Origin: a virus
Strand: one strand, 5' to 3'
Length of the DNA: 64,000 nt
Virus record (IMG/VR): IMGVR_UViG_3300047564_006544
Location: 1-64,000 of that record
Part shown: positions 19,433 through 30,413 of the stretch, piece after piece
How the letters are laid out: every line of letters starts with the position of its first letter
Position numbering within the stretch: position 1 is the stretch's first letter
Notes under the pieces: generated by a model
The model's input: the letters and a program-made list of their open reading frames with translations, nothing else
What the model was told of the DNA's origin: nothing
The model's database searches: none
Translations under genes and position numbers: made by a program

Positions 19433-20089
19433 CTATTTTTCAATAGATTTTGCATGAGTTATTGCAATAACTTCTGCTACCTTGCTAACCGTCTCTAAAA
19501 CATTTACTACAGTTCCATCTTTTTTGGTTGTAGTAAACTCCTCAGAGTAAACTGCATCTGGAAACATTCTGTTATATTCTTCTAGTGTTTTTCCTATTGA
19601 ATCAGGAGCTTTTCTCTGTAATCCTTTTAGATTTCTTGCAGAAATACAGTGATGAGTTGTTCCAGATCCTCTTACTTCAAGCCATCCAAATTTTAGCATA
19701 TTTGGTATATCAGCCCTTACTACAAGCCAATCATTTTGAATTGCTCTATCATATGCATCTTTTGCAGACTCTATGCTTTTGTGCTCTATATTTTCCTTTC
19801 TATCAGAATATGGATTGCTTGATATTCTTACTACTTTATCATACTTTGGATTTACCCAATGACTATGTTCCCTATCTATATTCTTTTGCATGGAAAAAAC
19901 AGCAACACTTTCATTTTTTTCAAGATCAAAGTACTGAGAGCCACCAATAAGATATCCAGTCTCTTCTTCTATTTCTTTTGTTAGATCATCGGATACGCTT
20001 TCTACCAAATTAACACCATCTGAAAATTTTTGTGTTATAAAGTCATAAAAATCATTAGAGGTGCTTACCTGCTCTACTCTATTTATCAT
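19433..20089 (-). CDS. Hypothetical protein
   Basis: 218 aa, AGGAG RBS. Confidence 0.7.
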   Translation of the reverse strand: MINRVEQVSTSNDFYDFITQKFSDGVNLVESVSDDLTKEIEEETGYLIGGSQYFDLEKNESVAVFSMQKNIDREHSHWVNPKYDKVVRISSNPYSDRKENIEHKSIESAKDAYDRAIQNDWLVVRADIPNMLKFGWLEVRGSGTTHHCISARNLKGLQRKAPDSIGKTLEEYNRMFPDAVYSEEFTTTKKDGTVVNVLETVSKVAEVIAITHAKSIEK

Positions 20090-20123
20090 CTTATTACTCC
20101 TGATTACTCTGCGCTATTAGCGA

Positions 20124-20405
20124 TCACTTCTGCTCTACAAGATCTGCAATGTGAGCGTAGATTGATGCTGTTACCTCAGGATCGATATCGGACTTAGCCA
20201 TCTTGACGGCTTCCTTTACTTCCTTTAGTGGAACATTGTATTCATCAACAAAGTCTGCTACAACTCGCTTGCGCTCTTCACGAAGCTCTTTCATTTGAGC
20301 ATCGAGTTCATTCAGCTGGCGAACCATTGAACGAACATTGTCCATACTGTAGTTGCCATTCTTTACTTCTGTCTTTGTGGTTGTTTCGGTAGATTCGGCG
20401 CTCAT
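20124..20405 (-). CDS. GapR (DUF2312) / T4 DsbA-like DNA-binding protein
   Basis: VRSMVRQLNELDAQMKELREERKRVVADFVDEYNVPLKEVKEAVKMAK helical pattern. Confidence 0.55.
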   Translation of the reverse strand: MSAESTETTTKTEVKNGNYSMDNVRSMVRQLNELDAQMKELREERKRVVADFVDEYNVPLKEVKEAVKMAKSDIDPEVTASIYAHIADLVEQK

Positions 20406-20413
20406 TTATTCTC

Positions 20414-23400
20414 CTAATTGTAGTAGTTCTTGGCGATTGTGTTTAGGTACGCTTCCCACCACCTGCGGTAGAGGGACGTTATTATAGTACCGTCATCATC
20501 AGTTGCGGACTGTGCAATCTTTCTCCAGGACAAATCTTTTCCAACCTTCTTTGTATCTGAGGTCCAAAGATCCCTAAATATCTTTAGGGTTTCCTCTATA
20601 AGTTCGTTTGGCCTCTGAATATTTGGCACTGATGTAGATGCTTTTACAATAGAATCAATTGATAGGACTTCCTCTCCTGAGTTTAGAGCAGCAGCCTTTC
20701 TTCTTGATTCAAGTACATCCTTATGATTCATTACCTCTTCTATTGTTAGTCTCTTTAGTTCATTTAGAATTTTTTGATTAATTTCTTCGCTTGTCAATCC
20801 TACTGATTCTGAAGTTATTCTTTCTTCAACATCGCCTCTCATCTGCTTTACTTTGTTTCTTGCTTCTTTTAATATTGCATTAAGAGCACTATTTGTAAGA
20901 TCGTTTAGAGAATGAGTTAATTTTGCTGGGTATATTACATGAGAATCTGGGTGAACTGCATAATCAGATGTTTGACATGACTCTATAACTCCGCTTATCT
21001 TTTTATTTTTAACAGCAGATGCCTTTGGAGTTCCTAGCATATGAGTCTCTACATTATTATTTTCATCTAGTTGAAGATTAAAGAATTCTGCAACCTTCTT
21101 TAGTATATCTTCGTTTACATTCTTAGACCTTAAGAAGAATCCTGGCAGATCGAATAAATCTTCTACTGTAAATAGATTTTCTGCAATCTTAGTTTCTGAA
21201 TGAACTGCAGATACTATATCCTGTAATCCAAATGTTGACTTTACAAATTCCTTATAGCTATCTATATCATCTGGATTTATTGGCCCACCAAAAGTGGTGT
21301 GCATTGCTGGATTATTCAACATTGACCAAATTGAATATGGATCGAGCAACCTCAAACAGAATGCCTGCTGACTTGTCTTCTTTGTTTGTTTTCCTGCAGA
21401 TTTTTTGTCAGCCAAATTTATTGCAGAAACAGAATCAATCATTGGAGTCTGCTCCATATATATCTTATTTACCTTTTGTGCTGCATTATAAAGGTCACAC
21501 AATAGGCCAAGTTTTTCCATAAATGCCTGCAAAGTTATATTTGATTCTTTTGGATAAGCAGGAAGAACAGACTCATATTTTGCAGGATATGCTGTACGCA
21601 ATCCAGACGAAAGATCTATGCTTATATTTACAAGCGGAGATACCTCAGATATCATGTTCTGCAAAAACATATCCTCTGTTTGAACAGATATATTCCAGCT
21701 TCTTCTAAACTTTTTCTTTTTTATCTCAAGAAGTATAGACTCCGTTTGCTTAAACCAATTATATAATTCTGATAGCTGAATAGATATATATTTTAACTTT
21801 TGTACACATCCAGACTGAACTATTTTTGTCTTAACAACACCATTCTCATCTTTAAACTGTGGATCTTTTGCAATAAAGGCCCAAGAAATATTTAGTGGTG
21901 TCATTCCATCTCTTGGAATAAATATATTTGACTCTGTTAATGTAAAGCTATCTTTTGTATCCTGAATTAACTCCTTATCAATTGAGTTTACTGCTCTTGA
22001 TATATTCTCATACTCTCCACCGACTGGCAATATTAGTCCATGTGATGATGAGGTTATCATGGTCTTTGATGTTTGTGACGTTGGAAATACATCTATATTT
22101 GTAATAAAATCTCTAATACTTTCTCCAAGCAAGCTTCTGTAATATAGCTCTATATCCTTTGTCTTATCACCCCTAAATCCAGTCTTTAGATGCTCTGCCA
22201 TTTTCTTGTCAATTATTGCATCTTCTTTATTTTGAATTTGTGGGGAAATACCTTTTGATAGTAGTATTTCATTGAGGTCTTCTATGTATTTTTTACTCAC
22301 ATCACCAGGAGATCTTGCAACATAGTAATTATTCATAATCAAATTGTTTGGTGGTGGCCAAAATACTGGTGGTTCATCTATTTTTTGAATTCTTATTTCA
22401 AATATATTATTTTGGTCTGATGATCCAGATATTGCAGAATCAACATGTGATTGAGTAAATAATATTCCAGTTCTTATGCTGGAATCAACTAGCAATAATC
22501 TTGACTTATCAAATGAATCGATATTTTTTATATATCTTGATGCAAACTCAAGACCCTGCTTTGTATTGAGTCTTATAGTTCCACTTGGCATAATATCCAT
22601 TATATCAATATTTGGCAGATCTCCAACTTTGGATGGATCTTTTATTATAATATCTTTTGGAGCAATACATATATAAAGTCTTTTTGCAGAATCAGCTCCA
22701 TCTACAATAATTTCTTTTATTAAAATTAAGTAAGGCTCTTTTATTGTAGTTTGTGCAAACTTATATATATAGTTATTTCCATTGATTAGTTTGTTTTTGT
22801 TTATTTGCATTGAATAAAACTGTTGAACAGAAAATACCATTGGAGCAGGATATATATCTTCTGTTGTGTCAAATCTTACTAAGTCTGGATTTAGCTGTAT
22901 TTTTCCATATTGAACAGCATTTCTTTCAAATATTCTATCAGCTTCGCCATATAGCATTCTTGATTCTAATATCTTTGGTTTAATTATTTCAAAATTCTGA
23001 GGATCTCTTTGCTTCATTAGCGGCTCTATACATAAATCAAGCTGCCTTGCCGCATTACCTATTGATCTTGATCCAATTGGCTTTGATATTAGGTCTAGAA
23101 TGAGATAGTCGATAGATGCTGTTGCCATCTTTATACATTGTTCAAATCGAGAAAAAACAATGGCTCTTTGCACGCTATATAGGCTTTTATTGCTTATATC
23201 AGGAGATATACCCTTAGATCTCATATATCCCAAAAAGACTGTATCTAAAGAATATGCATCTTTTAGCCCTGATTCTATTTCAGATATATTTGCATTAAAT
23301 TCTTCATTATCCATTATTATAATCTTTGGAATAAATGCTGAATCTGCAGACTCATCAAACTTTGCAGATTGAAGAGATTCATTTATCAATCCAAATACAT

Positions 23401-26400
23401 CAGATCTTGCTCCAGTAACACCTATATAAAGCTGAGATGATTGATTTAAGAAATATCTTGAGTAAAAAGATCTTATGTTATTTACTACATCTATTGCATA
23501 TGAGAATGTTATTGCCCTTCCTGTGTAGTTGACTATTGCATCTTCTAGTATTCTTTTTACTTCATAATTTTTATATGGAGAATAAAGTAATGCTGAAATA
23601 TTATTGCAAAATTCTCTTACCTTATTTTCTCCAACTATAGACGTTATGCTGCTCTCGTCTACTCCAAATATAAGACCGATGTTTTTATATACAGCGGATG
23701 ATATATTCTCAATTATTGCGCTAACTGCTAATTTTTCATTAAGATTTGAAATAAATGGAACTGAAAAGTCCCTATAGTATTGTGCTATACCGGCCAAACT
23801 AACAAACTTATCAAAAGATACGTTTCTTTCAAATAAGCCATTTATATCATATGCGTTAAAAAAGTTAGAATAAACTACTTCCAGTTTATCATTACTTATG
23901 TTTAATGTATTTGAAATAGACTGAAGTTCTAATTTTATTTTGTCAATTATCTTTGGATCTTTCTTTGGAACTGATAGCGGATTCATTAAGAAGTCAGCTT
24001 GACCATCCGCAGATATCTTTCCCCAATATCTTGACATCTTCAAGAGCTTTACAAATTTATTTATAAATTCCGATACAGCCTCTGAAAATATTGAGGCAGA
24101 AAAAGATTCTGCATCTTCTGGAATCTCAGAATATGATCTAAAATATTCTTTTGTTATTCCAGGCATCAATGCCTCTAATAACCCATATTTTTCAATTATT
24201 TCTTTTGTATAAGTAGAGCCAATAATTTTAGTAGTAGCAGCTTTTGATGCCACCATTGATTCGTATGCTGATTCATCGGGCATTTCAGAGATATCTGCTA
24301 TATCAAGCTCTGTAGTTCCACCCTCTTCGGATGATACAGTTGTGCTTTGAAGACCGCCTATATATCTTGTTACATAAAAATCAGTTCTTGATGGCATTGA
24401 TAGTTTGCCATATTCCCAAGGATTCTTTTTAAATAAACCTGATGATGACTTTTGCCCAATTATATAGACCAAGCTACCAACTTTAAAATAAAGTCTTTGA
24501 TCGTTTATTGCTCCAATCAGCTCCTCTATACTGGATGCTTGATTTGGCATGATATATCCAGATGGTATTGGCTCATTTTCGCTAAAAACTTTAATTATTC
24601 CAATTCCATCAGAATACTTTGAAGATGTTAAAGTCTTTAGAATTGAATCATCGTCTCCAGATAGTAATGATAGTATTGCTTTTTTGCTCACAGTTCTTGT
24701 TGTGTGAGTGATTGCAATTGAAGAATGTGCTCTAGAAAACATCCAAGATTGCTCAAGAGTAAATCTATGGCCACTGTCACATACCAAGCCCAAATCCTTA
24801 ATTATATAAGCATCTGTTTCTTTTATCTCTTGTGCTGTTGATATTTTTGATTTTTTAAATAAAACATCAAGTATATTTTTTCTTGAAGATACAGATACTA
24901 TATTGCCAACAACAGCTTCAACGTGTGGCCTCAAATCATTCATTTCTATTCCGTAATTTATAAGTGTTTTTACGGCTGAAACAAATGATTCTTTTCCTTT
25001 TGAATTTAGAATATTCAAAAGAACGTTTCTAATATAATTTTTGCTAGAAGGATCCTTATCAAACATTGATATAGATACTTTCTTTCCGCAGATTGGATAA
25101 GCTACCCTTGATAACTGATCACCAGAAGAAAGACTTCCATCTGGTGCAGTTGGCGGATAATATATATCCTCTCTTTTTAATCCAAGTCTTTCATTACCTA
25201 CCAACTCATCAACCATATTTCCTGGTACTTTTGGTATGGCTATAAAATTAATTAATCCTTCATACTTCTTTGAGCTAAGTATTGATGATCCTACTGCAGA
25301 ATCTTGGCTTATATGACATGGACAATTTGCAGTATTTCTTGAGAACCTATAGCCAATCTTAAATCCACTTTCAGACTGCTCGCTTGAAACTCCGCTTCCA
25401 GAATATTCGCTATATGCAGCAAGTTGATATTCTGGAATTGATTCACCTTCGTTTATATAGCTCTTTCTAACTCTTGCAAGACAGGCATAATCTCTTTTTT
25501 CTTCTAGACTCTTAAGTATTCTTGTATCCTGCTTCATTGATGCAGCAAGCTTAATTAATGATGCCGCACAGAGTGTTTTATTTTGGAAAATTCCTCTAAC
25601 TCCAGATGAAGATGCACCAAGAGATTTTAACTTATCATTTCTTATTATATGCCCAATTACGTTTAATAAAATCTTAGATTCTTGAGATCCATCAATTGCC
25701 TCTGGATCATATATCATACGATTAATTTCTTCCCAAGGATAACTCTTATTTAGTATGCTATTTAATATAGAGGATAGCTCTGTTGCTGATTTTTTTGAAT
25801 ATTGCTTATTTATTATTGCTGATATCATATTTTTTGCATCAGCAGATAGACTGTGAGATTGGGATGCTAATTCTGATTCTGATATAAAATCTCCATTTTC
25901 TTTAAAGAAAGAATATTGATTTTCAGATCTTGAAAATTCAGTTAGCTCATCTTTATATTCCGATGGAACCTGCGTAACTTGACCGCACACTCCGCATGCA
26001 ATAGTGTTGAATGATTGCTGGTCTAGTATATTTTCTTCTGATTGAAAATATTTTTGAATCTCGTTATTTATATATGACTGAAGGCTAATATCATTAAGTG
26101 CCAATTCATCAATAACTGATGATGCATCAATCATATCCAATAATGAAGTTGAAATTATTCTATCTATTTTTTCTTTTATTGCATTTTTTGCAACTTTTTC
26201 TAATATAACTAAGATATTTCCATATACATAATATGCCGCATCTTCAGTTCCATCGCTATCTATTTTTATGTTAGATCTTGCAACGTATTTTGATACCTTT
26301 ATATCAATATCTTTTTTTATCTTTTGCTCTCTTCCAAAAAGAAAAGACTTCATTAATCTGTAAAAAAATGAACTTATATTTTCAAATGTTTCTTTGTTTT

Positions 26401-27787
26401 CAAAAAGTCTTTTTGTAATAGAAAATCTGCTTTGAAATTCCCACTCAGCAGACTTTGTTTGTGTCCACTCTTGGCTTAAAAGAAGAGGATTTTTTCTTCT
26501 AAACTCATATATCAGCTGCTTAATTTCTCTATCTTTTTTTATGCTTTTTTCAAAAAACTCTTTTAGCTGATCAAAGCATTTGTCAAGCGTTCCATCAATT
26601 GCTTCGTCTGTTATTTTTGAAAGCTCTGCTGATTTAATGCTCATCTGAGTTATAAACTCAGAGATTTTAGAATCAGAAAGCATATCTGCATCCTGTTCGT
26701 CAACTATAGATATTGATTGAAGTCCAGATGAATCAAATGCATTATATACTGCTTTTGATAGTGGAACATCACTCTTTGGCAGGTCTAGTTTTTTCTGATT
26801 ATTTTTTGAGTTTAATTCTAATATTGCTTCTGATATATCCTTTTTTTCTTCATTAACTTTATCAGGCTGAACTTCTACTGGAACATCTTCTTCTTTTTTG
26901 GACTTAAGCAAGCCAAGTTTATTCAAATAATAAGTTGCAAAATCTTTTATAAAGTTTAAGCTTAAAACATTGTTAATTTTTAATATTGAATCGATTGAAG
27001 ATTCAGAATTTTTATCCTCTATATAATCAGCTAAAGAATAAAATAAATCTTCATTTTTTGATATATCTGCATCAATGGAACCAGAGGAAAGTTCTGATAT
27101 AACCTGTAGAATTGCACCAGATATATTTGCATTTAAAACTGGCTCATTTTTTATATCGCTTGATCCATCAAGATCGAGTATATTTTTGTCAAACCCTCTT
27201 AGTGAGTTTAGAGCTTGTGCTGCAGAAAGAACTGTATTTTCTCCTGCAGCACCACTTGGATGTATCAATATCGAATGTAGAATTGCTTCTGTCTTACTTT
27301 GAAATGGACCAAAGAAGCGCTCTGATGGTGAAAAAGATTGTCCGCTAGTTACATACCAGCCATATAAGTTATCCTCTGCTGGTAGCTCTTCTGTTACTAC
27401 CTCTTGTTCTACAACCTCTTCTGGTTTATTTTTTGAATAAAATTCTGTTTTATACTTATTAAAAGCAGAGGTTATTCCTTCTAATAATATGTCAGCATCA
27501 AGATCTGATGTTAACATTATTGTTCCGGCTGCAGTTATTAGAGTCTTTCTTTCTTCCTGTGATAATGTGTTATAATCTGGAGACCCAAAAAGCTTTTCAA
27601 TAAAATCAGTATTATAATAAAAGGGATTATTTCCGGCAGCAATAGCCTCTTGCGCTTCTTTAATTGCATATTCAGAAATTCTTATTCTATCTTGAAGCGA
27701 TGGCCTTATATCTTCTGAATTATTAAAGACTATATTTTTGTACATATAGTCTAGTTCTTCTAAGCTCTGTGCGGTCTTTTTAATCAT
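20414..27787 (-). CDS. Giant orphan protein (2457 aa), putative internal head protein with Zn-binding motifs
   Basis: Begins MIKKTAQS, near the end WRKIAQS; CGVCG, CPCH, PICGK, CDSGH. Confidence 0.75.
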   Translation of the reverse strand: MIKKTAQSLEELDYMYKNIVFNNSEDIRPSLQDRIRISEYAIKEAQEAIAAGNNPFYYNTDFIEKLFGSPDYNTLSQEERKTLITAAGTIMLTSDLDADILLEGITSAFNKYKTEFYSKNKPEEVVEQEVVTEELPAEDNLYGWYVTSGQSFSPSERFFGPFQSKTEAILHSILIHPSGAAGENTVLSAAQALNSLRGFDKNILDLDGSSDIKNEPVLNANISGAILQVISELSSGSIDADISKNEDLFYSLADYIEDKNSESSIDSILKINNVLSLNFIKDFATYYLNKLGLLKSKKEEDVPVEVQPDKVNEEKKDISEAILELNSKNNQKKLDLPKSDVPLSKAVYNAFDSSGLQSISIVDEQDADMLSDSKISEFITQMSIKSAELSKITDEAIDGTLDKCFDQLKEFFEKSIKKDREIKQLIYEFRRKNPLLLSQEWTQTKSAEWEFQSRFSITKRLFENKETFENISSFFYRLMKSFLFGREQKIKKDIDIKVSKYVARSNIKIDSDGTEDAAYYVYGNILVILEKVAKNAIKEKIDRIISTSLLDMIDASSVIDELALNDISLQSYINNEIQKYFQSEENILDQQSFNTIACGVCGQVTQVPSEYKDELTEFSRSENQYSFFKENGDFISESELASQSHSLSADAKNMISAIINKQYSKKSATELSSILNSILNKSYPWEEINRMIYDPEAIDGSQESKILLNVIGHIIRNDKLKSLGASSSGVRGIFQNKTLCAASLIKLAASMKQDTRILKSLEEKRDYACLARVRKSYINEGESIPEYQLAAYSEYSGSGVSSEQSESGFKIGYRFSRNTANCPCHISQDSAVGSSILSSKKYEGLINFIAIPKVPGNMVDELVGNERLGLKREDIYYPPTAPDGSLSSGDQLSRVAYPICGKKVSISMFDKDPSSKNYIRNVLLNILNSKGKESFVSAVKTLINYGIEMNDLRPHVEAVVGNIVSVSSRKNILDVLFKKSKISTAQEIKETDAYIIKDLGLVCDSGHRFTLEQSWMFSRAHSSIAITHTTRTVSKKAILSLLSGDDDSILKTLTSSKYSDGIGIIKVFSENEPIPSGYIMPNQASSIEELIGAINDQRLYFKVGSLVYIIGQKSSSGLFKKNPWEYGKLSMPSRTDFYVTRYIGGLQSTTVSSEEGGTTELDIADISEMPDESAYESMVASKAATTKIIGSTYTKEIIEKYGLLEALMPGITKEYFRSYSEIPEDAESFSASIFSEAVSEFINKFVKLLKMSRYWGKISADGQADFLMNPLSVPKKDPKIIDKIKLELQSISNTLNISNDKLEVVYSNFFNAYDINGLFERNVSFDKFVSLAGIAQYYRDFSVPFISNLNEKLAVSAIIENISSAVYKNIGLIFGVDESSITSIVGENKVREFCNNISALLYSPYKNYEVKRILEDAIVNYTGRAITFSYAIDVVNNIRSFYSRYFLNQSSQLYIGVTGARSDVFGLINESLQSAKFDESADSAFIPKIIIMDNEEFNANISEIESGLKDAYSLDTVFLGYMRSKGISPDISNKSLYSVQRAIVFSRFEQCIKMATASIDYLILDLISKPIGSRSIGNAARQLDLCIEPLMKQRDPQNFEIIKPKILESRMLYGEADRIFERNAVQYGKIQLNPDLVRFDTTEDIYPAPMVFSVQQFYSMQINKNKLINGNNYIYKFAQTTIKEPYLILIKEIIVDGADSAKRLYICIAPKDIIIKDPSKVGDLPNIDIMDIMPSGTIRLNTKQGLEFASRYIKNIDSFDKSRLLLVDSSIRTGILFTQSHVDSAISGSSDQNNIFEIRIQKIDEPPVFWPPPNNLIMNNYYVARSPGDVSKKYIEDLNEILLSKGISPQIQNKEDAIIDKKMAEHLKTGFRGDKTKDIELYYRSLLGESIRDFITNIDVFPTSQTSKTMITSSSHGLILPVGGEYENISRAVNSIDKELIQDTKDSFTLTESNIFIPRDGMTPLNISWAFIAKDPQFKDENGVVKTKIVQSGCVQKLKYISIQLSELYNWFKQTESILLEIKKKKFRRSWNISVQTEDMFLQNMISEVSPLVNISIDLSSGLRTAYPAKYESVLPAYPKESNITLQAFMEKLGLLCDLYNAAQKVNKIYMEQTPMIDSVSAINLADKKSAGKQTKKTSQQAFCLRLLDPYSIWSMLNNPAMHTTFGGPINPDDIDSYKEFVKSTFGLQDIVSAVHSETKIAENLFTVEDLFDLPGFFLRSKNVNEDILKKVAEFFNLQLDENNNVETHMLGTPKASAVKNKKISGVIESCQTSDYAVHPDSHVIYPAKLTHSLNDLTNSALNAILKEARNKVKQMRGDVEERITSESVGLTSEEINQKILNELKRLTIEEVMNHKDVLESRRKAAALNSGEEVLSIDSIVKASTSVPNIQRPNELIEETLKIFRDLWTSDTKKVGKDLSWRKIAQSATDDDGTIITSLYRRWWEAYLNTIAKNYYN

Positions 27788-27799
27788 AGTTCACTCTAA

Positions 27800-28834
27800 T
27801 TAAATAATACTTTTTAATATATTTGAAAAAATAGCAGAAGATTCTTTTAGCGCATCCCTAATGCCCTCATCTTCTGTTCTTGATGATGGTATTAAGATTT
27901 CAGATGAATTTGTATCTATTTTTAGGTTATTTTTTCCACTTAGTTTTATATGAAAAATTTTCTTTATTAACTCTTCATATTTTTCCAATAATACCAGATT
28001 ATCTTTTATTTCATCCAAAGATACAAGTGTTATAAACTTATAATATTCATCATCCAACAGAACTGCTCTTGGTGCATTCAAAAATAATTTTGACAGATTA
28101 AATCCATCTTCATCAAATATACTCATATAATATGGCCTTAGAGTTTCTCTTCCAGAGTGCTTTGATGGCAAGAAAAATCCAAATAGCTTTCTATTTCTAA
28201 ATGATTTTTGTTTTATTTCAAAAAAACCACTTTGGTGGTCGGCTGAAATATTATCTAGCTTTTTTATTTCAGATATTATTTCTCTTGAAGATTCGCTTAA
28301 AAATGCAAAACTTTTAATATTTTCAATAACATAATTATAAAAGATAAAAATATCATCTTCGTATTTTTTGCTTATTTCAATAAGAAGGTCGCCTTCATTT
28401 ATATTTAAGCCTAGACCATTTATTTTTCTAACACTTTCATTTAAATATAAATGAATGCACAAAAGAATTGTCAGAACCCTTGCTCTTTCTCTTGCCTGCT
28501 TTATCTTTAGTCCATTCATTCCCTTGTCTATTTCTAATATTTTTTCTTTAACTTTATCTTGAAATAAACTTAAGACGTTATTTTTTATTTTTTTATCATC
28601 TGGATAAAGATCGTGAAAGGCAGTTCTTGAATCTCTAAATATTTTTATAGCGGACAAAAGCTCTGAGAGACTTCCTGCAATATTTTCAAAAGGAATCTGT
28701 AGAAATTCCTCCTCTATTGCAAGAAGCCTCCTTGTTGATGCATCACCCTTGTGAAGCATTTTTTTTAAATATTCAATTTTAAATTGAGATATTTCTCTTT
28801 CTGTATTTAAGTATTTTAAATAATCTTGTTCCAT
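27800..28834 (-). CDS. Hypothetical protein
   Basis: 344 aa, helical; start overlaps the sigma-factor stop. Confidence 0.7.
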   Translation of the reverse strand: MEQDYLKYLNTEREISQFKIEYLKKMLHKGDASTRRLLAIEEEFLQIPFENIAGSLSELLSAIKIFRDSRTAFHDLYPDDKKIKNNVLSLFQDKVKEKILEIDKGMNGLKIKQARERARVLTILLCIHLYLNESVRKINGLGLNINEGDLLIEISKKYEDDIFIFYNYVIENIKSFAFLSESSREIISEIKKLDNISADHQSGFFEIKQKSFRNRKLFGFFLPSKHSGRETLRPYYMSIFDEDGFNLSKLFLNAPRAVLLDDEYYKFITLVSLDEIKDNLVLLEKYEELIKKIFHIKLSGKNNLKIDTNSSEILIPSSRTEDEGIRDALKESSAIFSNILKSII

Positions 28835-29613
28835 TACTTCTGAAGCATATCACGAATCTTTTTATTCCTAGAAAGATTCTTTAATCTTAGATTTGCAGCC
28901 CAAGGAGAAAGTCCAACCTCCTCTGCTGCGTCCTTAATGCTATAGTCTTCAAGTGAAATTAGTCTCAAGATTTGAGATGTTTTATCATCAAGACCGTCAC
29001 AAATAGATGCTATTGATGCCTCAGCCTCTAGTGCATCTGATTCGGCTCTCATATTTCCGAATATTGCATCTTCATTTCCGACTGAATCAATAAACAATAC
29101 CTCTTCATCAAGGTTTGCGCTCATTCTGGTTCCAATTTCAGAAAAAAGAACTTCTTTTTTTGCTGTTCTAATTTCTTTTCTATATACCTTATCACATGAT
29201 GAGCATTCGCGAGAAATCTCTGCACCATCTTTAATTTCTGATTTAAATGCCGTTGAGCCACACTCACAGGTCGATGGTAGTGATGCATCCTCAGAAACAG
29301 AAAATGCATTGTTTGAAAGTTTATTTTTGCTACGAATTTTTGAAATTATCTTGTTGTGAAGATGAATGTGAAGAAATGTGCTAAGCTTCACATTCTTTGT
29401 AGAGTCATAAGATCTAACACCCTCAATTGCAATTATTGCCAACTCCTGCTTTACATCTTCTGGCGCATAGTTTGGAATAAATAGAGAGTTTGACATCTTA
29501 AATAGGAGTGGATCGATTTTCTTTAGAACTCTGTCTAGTCCCTCTCCTGTATTTGTATTTACATAAAATTCTTCATTGTAAAGCCTTACATTGCCTTCGA
29601 AATGAGTGCTCAT
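28834..29613 (-). CDS. Phage sigma-70-family factor with zinc-ribbon insertion
   Basis: Region 2: EDVKQELAIIAIEGVRSYD...KLSTFLHIHL; CECGS...CSSC insert; region 4: YSIKDAAEEVGLS. Confidence 0.8.
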   Translation of the reverse strand: MSTHFEGNVRLYNEEFYVNTNTGEGLDRVLKKIDPLLFKMSNSLFIPNYAPEDVKQELAIIAIEGVRSYDSTKNVKLSTFLHIHLHNKIISKIRSKNKLSNNAFSVSEDASLPSTCECGSTAFKSEIKDGAEISRECSSCDKVYRKEIRTAKKEVLFSEIGTRMSANLDEEVLFIDSVGNEDAIFGNMRAESDALEAEASIASICDGLDDKTSQILRLISLEDYSIKDAAEEVGLSPWAANLRLKNLSRNKKIRDMLQK

Positions 29614-29654
29614 ATTTTCTCCTTTTGGTTTTTTATTAATCAGCTAGGAATCAG

Positions 29655-30413
29655 TTAGTCAGACCAGTTGCTAATACAAAGCTCTTTATAATCACAGAAG
29701 TCGCAGAGCTTAGAGGGCTTCTTCTGCCAAGTATCTTCTTTTAGGATTAGGTGCCCATATTTTAAAATCTTCTCCTCACATTTTTTAAGATCATCAAATG
29801 TAAAATCCCAAGACTTTTCCTTGCAATCGTGCTTTAGAAGAGTGTAGCTTCCGGAAATCTTTTCTAGGTCGGGAAGCTCATTCTTTAGAACCATCGCATA
29901 AACGAGCAACTGAAAGCTGTCGAGGTAGGCAGGGTTCTTCGTCGTCTTGTAGTCCACTACTTTATAAGCACCGGGGCCGGTGCGGTCAACCCTATCTATA
30001 AATCCTTTGAGAAAAAAATCTCCGATGGTTATTTCGAATGGTTTTTCTACCCAAAGAACGTTGGGGAGACCCCTGGTCTTTATGTCATTTAAGTAGGACT
30101 GCATTATCAATTGCATGTTTTTATATTCTGGCTCCAAAAGCTCCTGATTGAAATCTTTTATTGCAGCCTCCATGCACTTCTTCATTAGGCCTGGATACTC
30201 TGTTGATGGTAGCTGATTTTCCATTAAGAATTCATGAAAATTCTCAAGTACTAAATGTAGGCATGATCCAAACTCAAGATGGACCCATGGCTTCTTTTCT
30301 ATTGGAGGCTTCTCTACATAGCCATACCAATATTTTTTTGGACAGTCCTCGTATGTTTTGATTGATGATACTGAAAGTTTTATTTTTTTTGGTGTTGAAT
30401 TTTGGTCTTGCAT
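29655..30413 (-). CDS. PD-(D/E)XK exonuclease, Cas4/AddB/RecB-like with Fe-S cysteines
   Basis: LSVSSIKTYEDCPKKY, G..LHLVLE, VEKPF, GFIDRVD, VVDYKT, QL..YA, CDFCDYKELC. Confidence 0.85.
   Translation of the reverse strand: MQDQNSTPKKIKLSVSSIKTYEDCPKKYWYGYVEKPPIEKKPWVHLEFGSCLHLVLENFHEFLMENQLPSTEYPGLMKKCMEAAIKDFNQELLEPEYKNMQLIMQSYLNDIKTRGLPNVLWVEKPFEITIGDFFLKGFIDRVDRTGPGAYKVVDYKTTKNPAYLDSFQLLVYAMVLKNELPDLEKISGSYTLLKHDCKEKSWDFTFDDLKKCEEKILKYGHLILKEDTWQKKPSKLCDFCDYKELCISNWSD

Noticed and set aside
20414-27787. Virion RNA polymerase or tape measure protein
   Set aside because: No DxDGD or single-subunit RNAP motifs and no tape-measure repeats were recognised; function left unassigned.
29655-30413. 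CRISPR-Cas adaptation module
   Set aside because: The Cas4-like nuclease is solitary; no cas1/cas2 or repeat-spacer array was seen.
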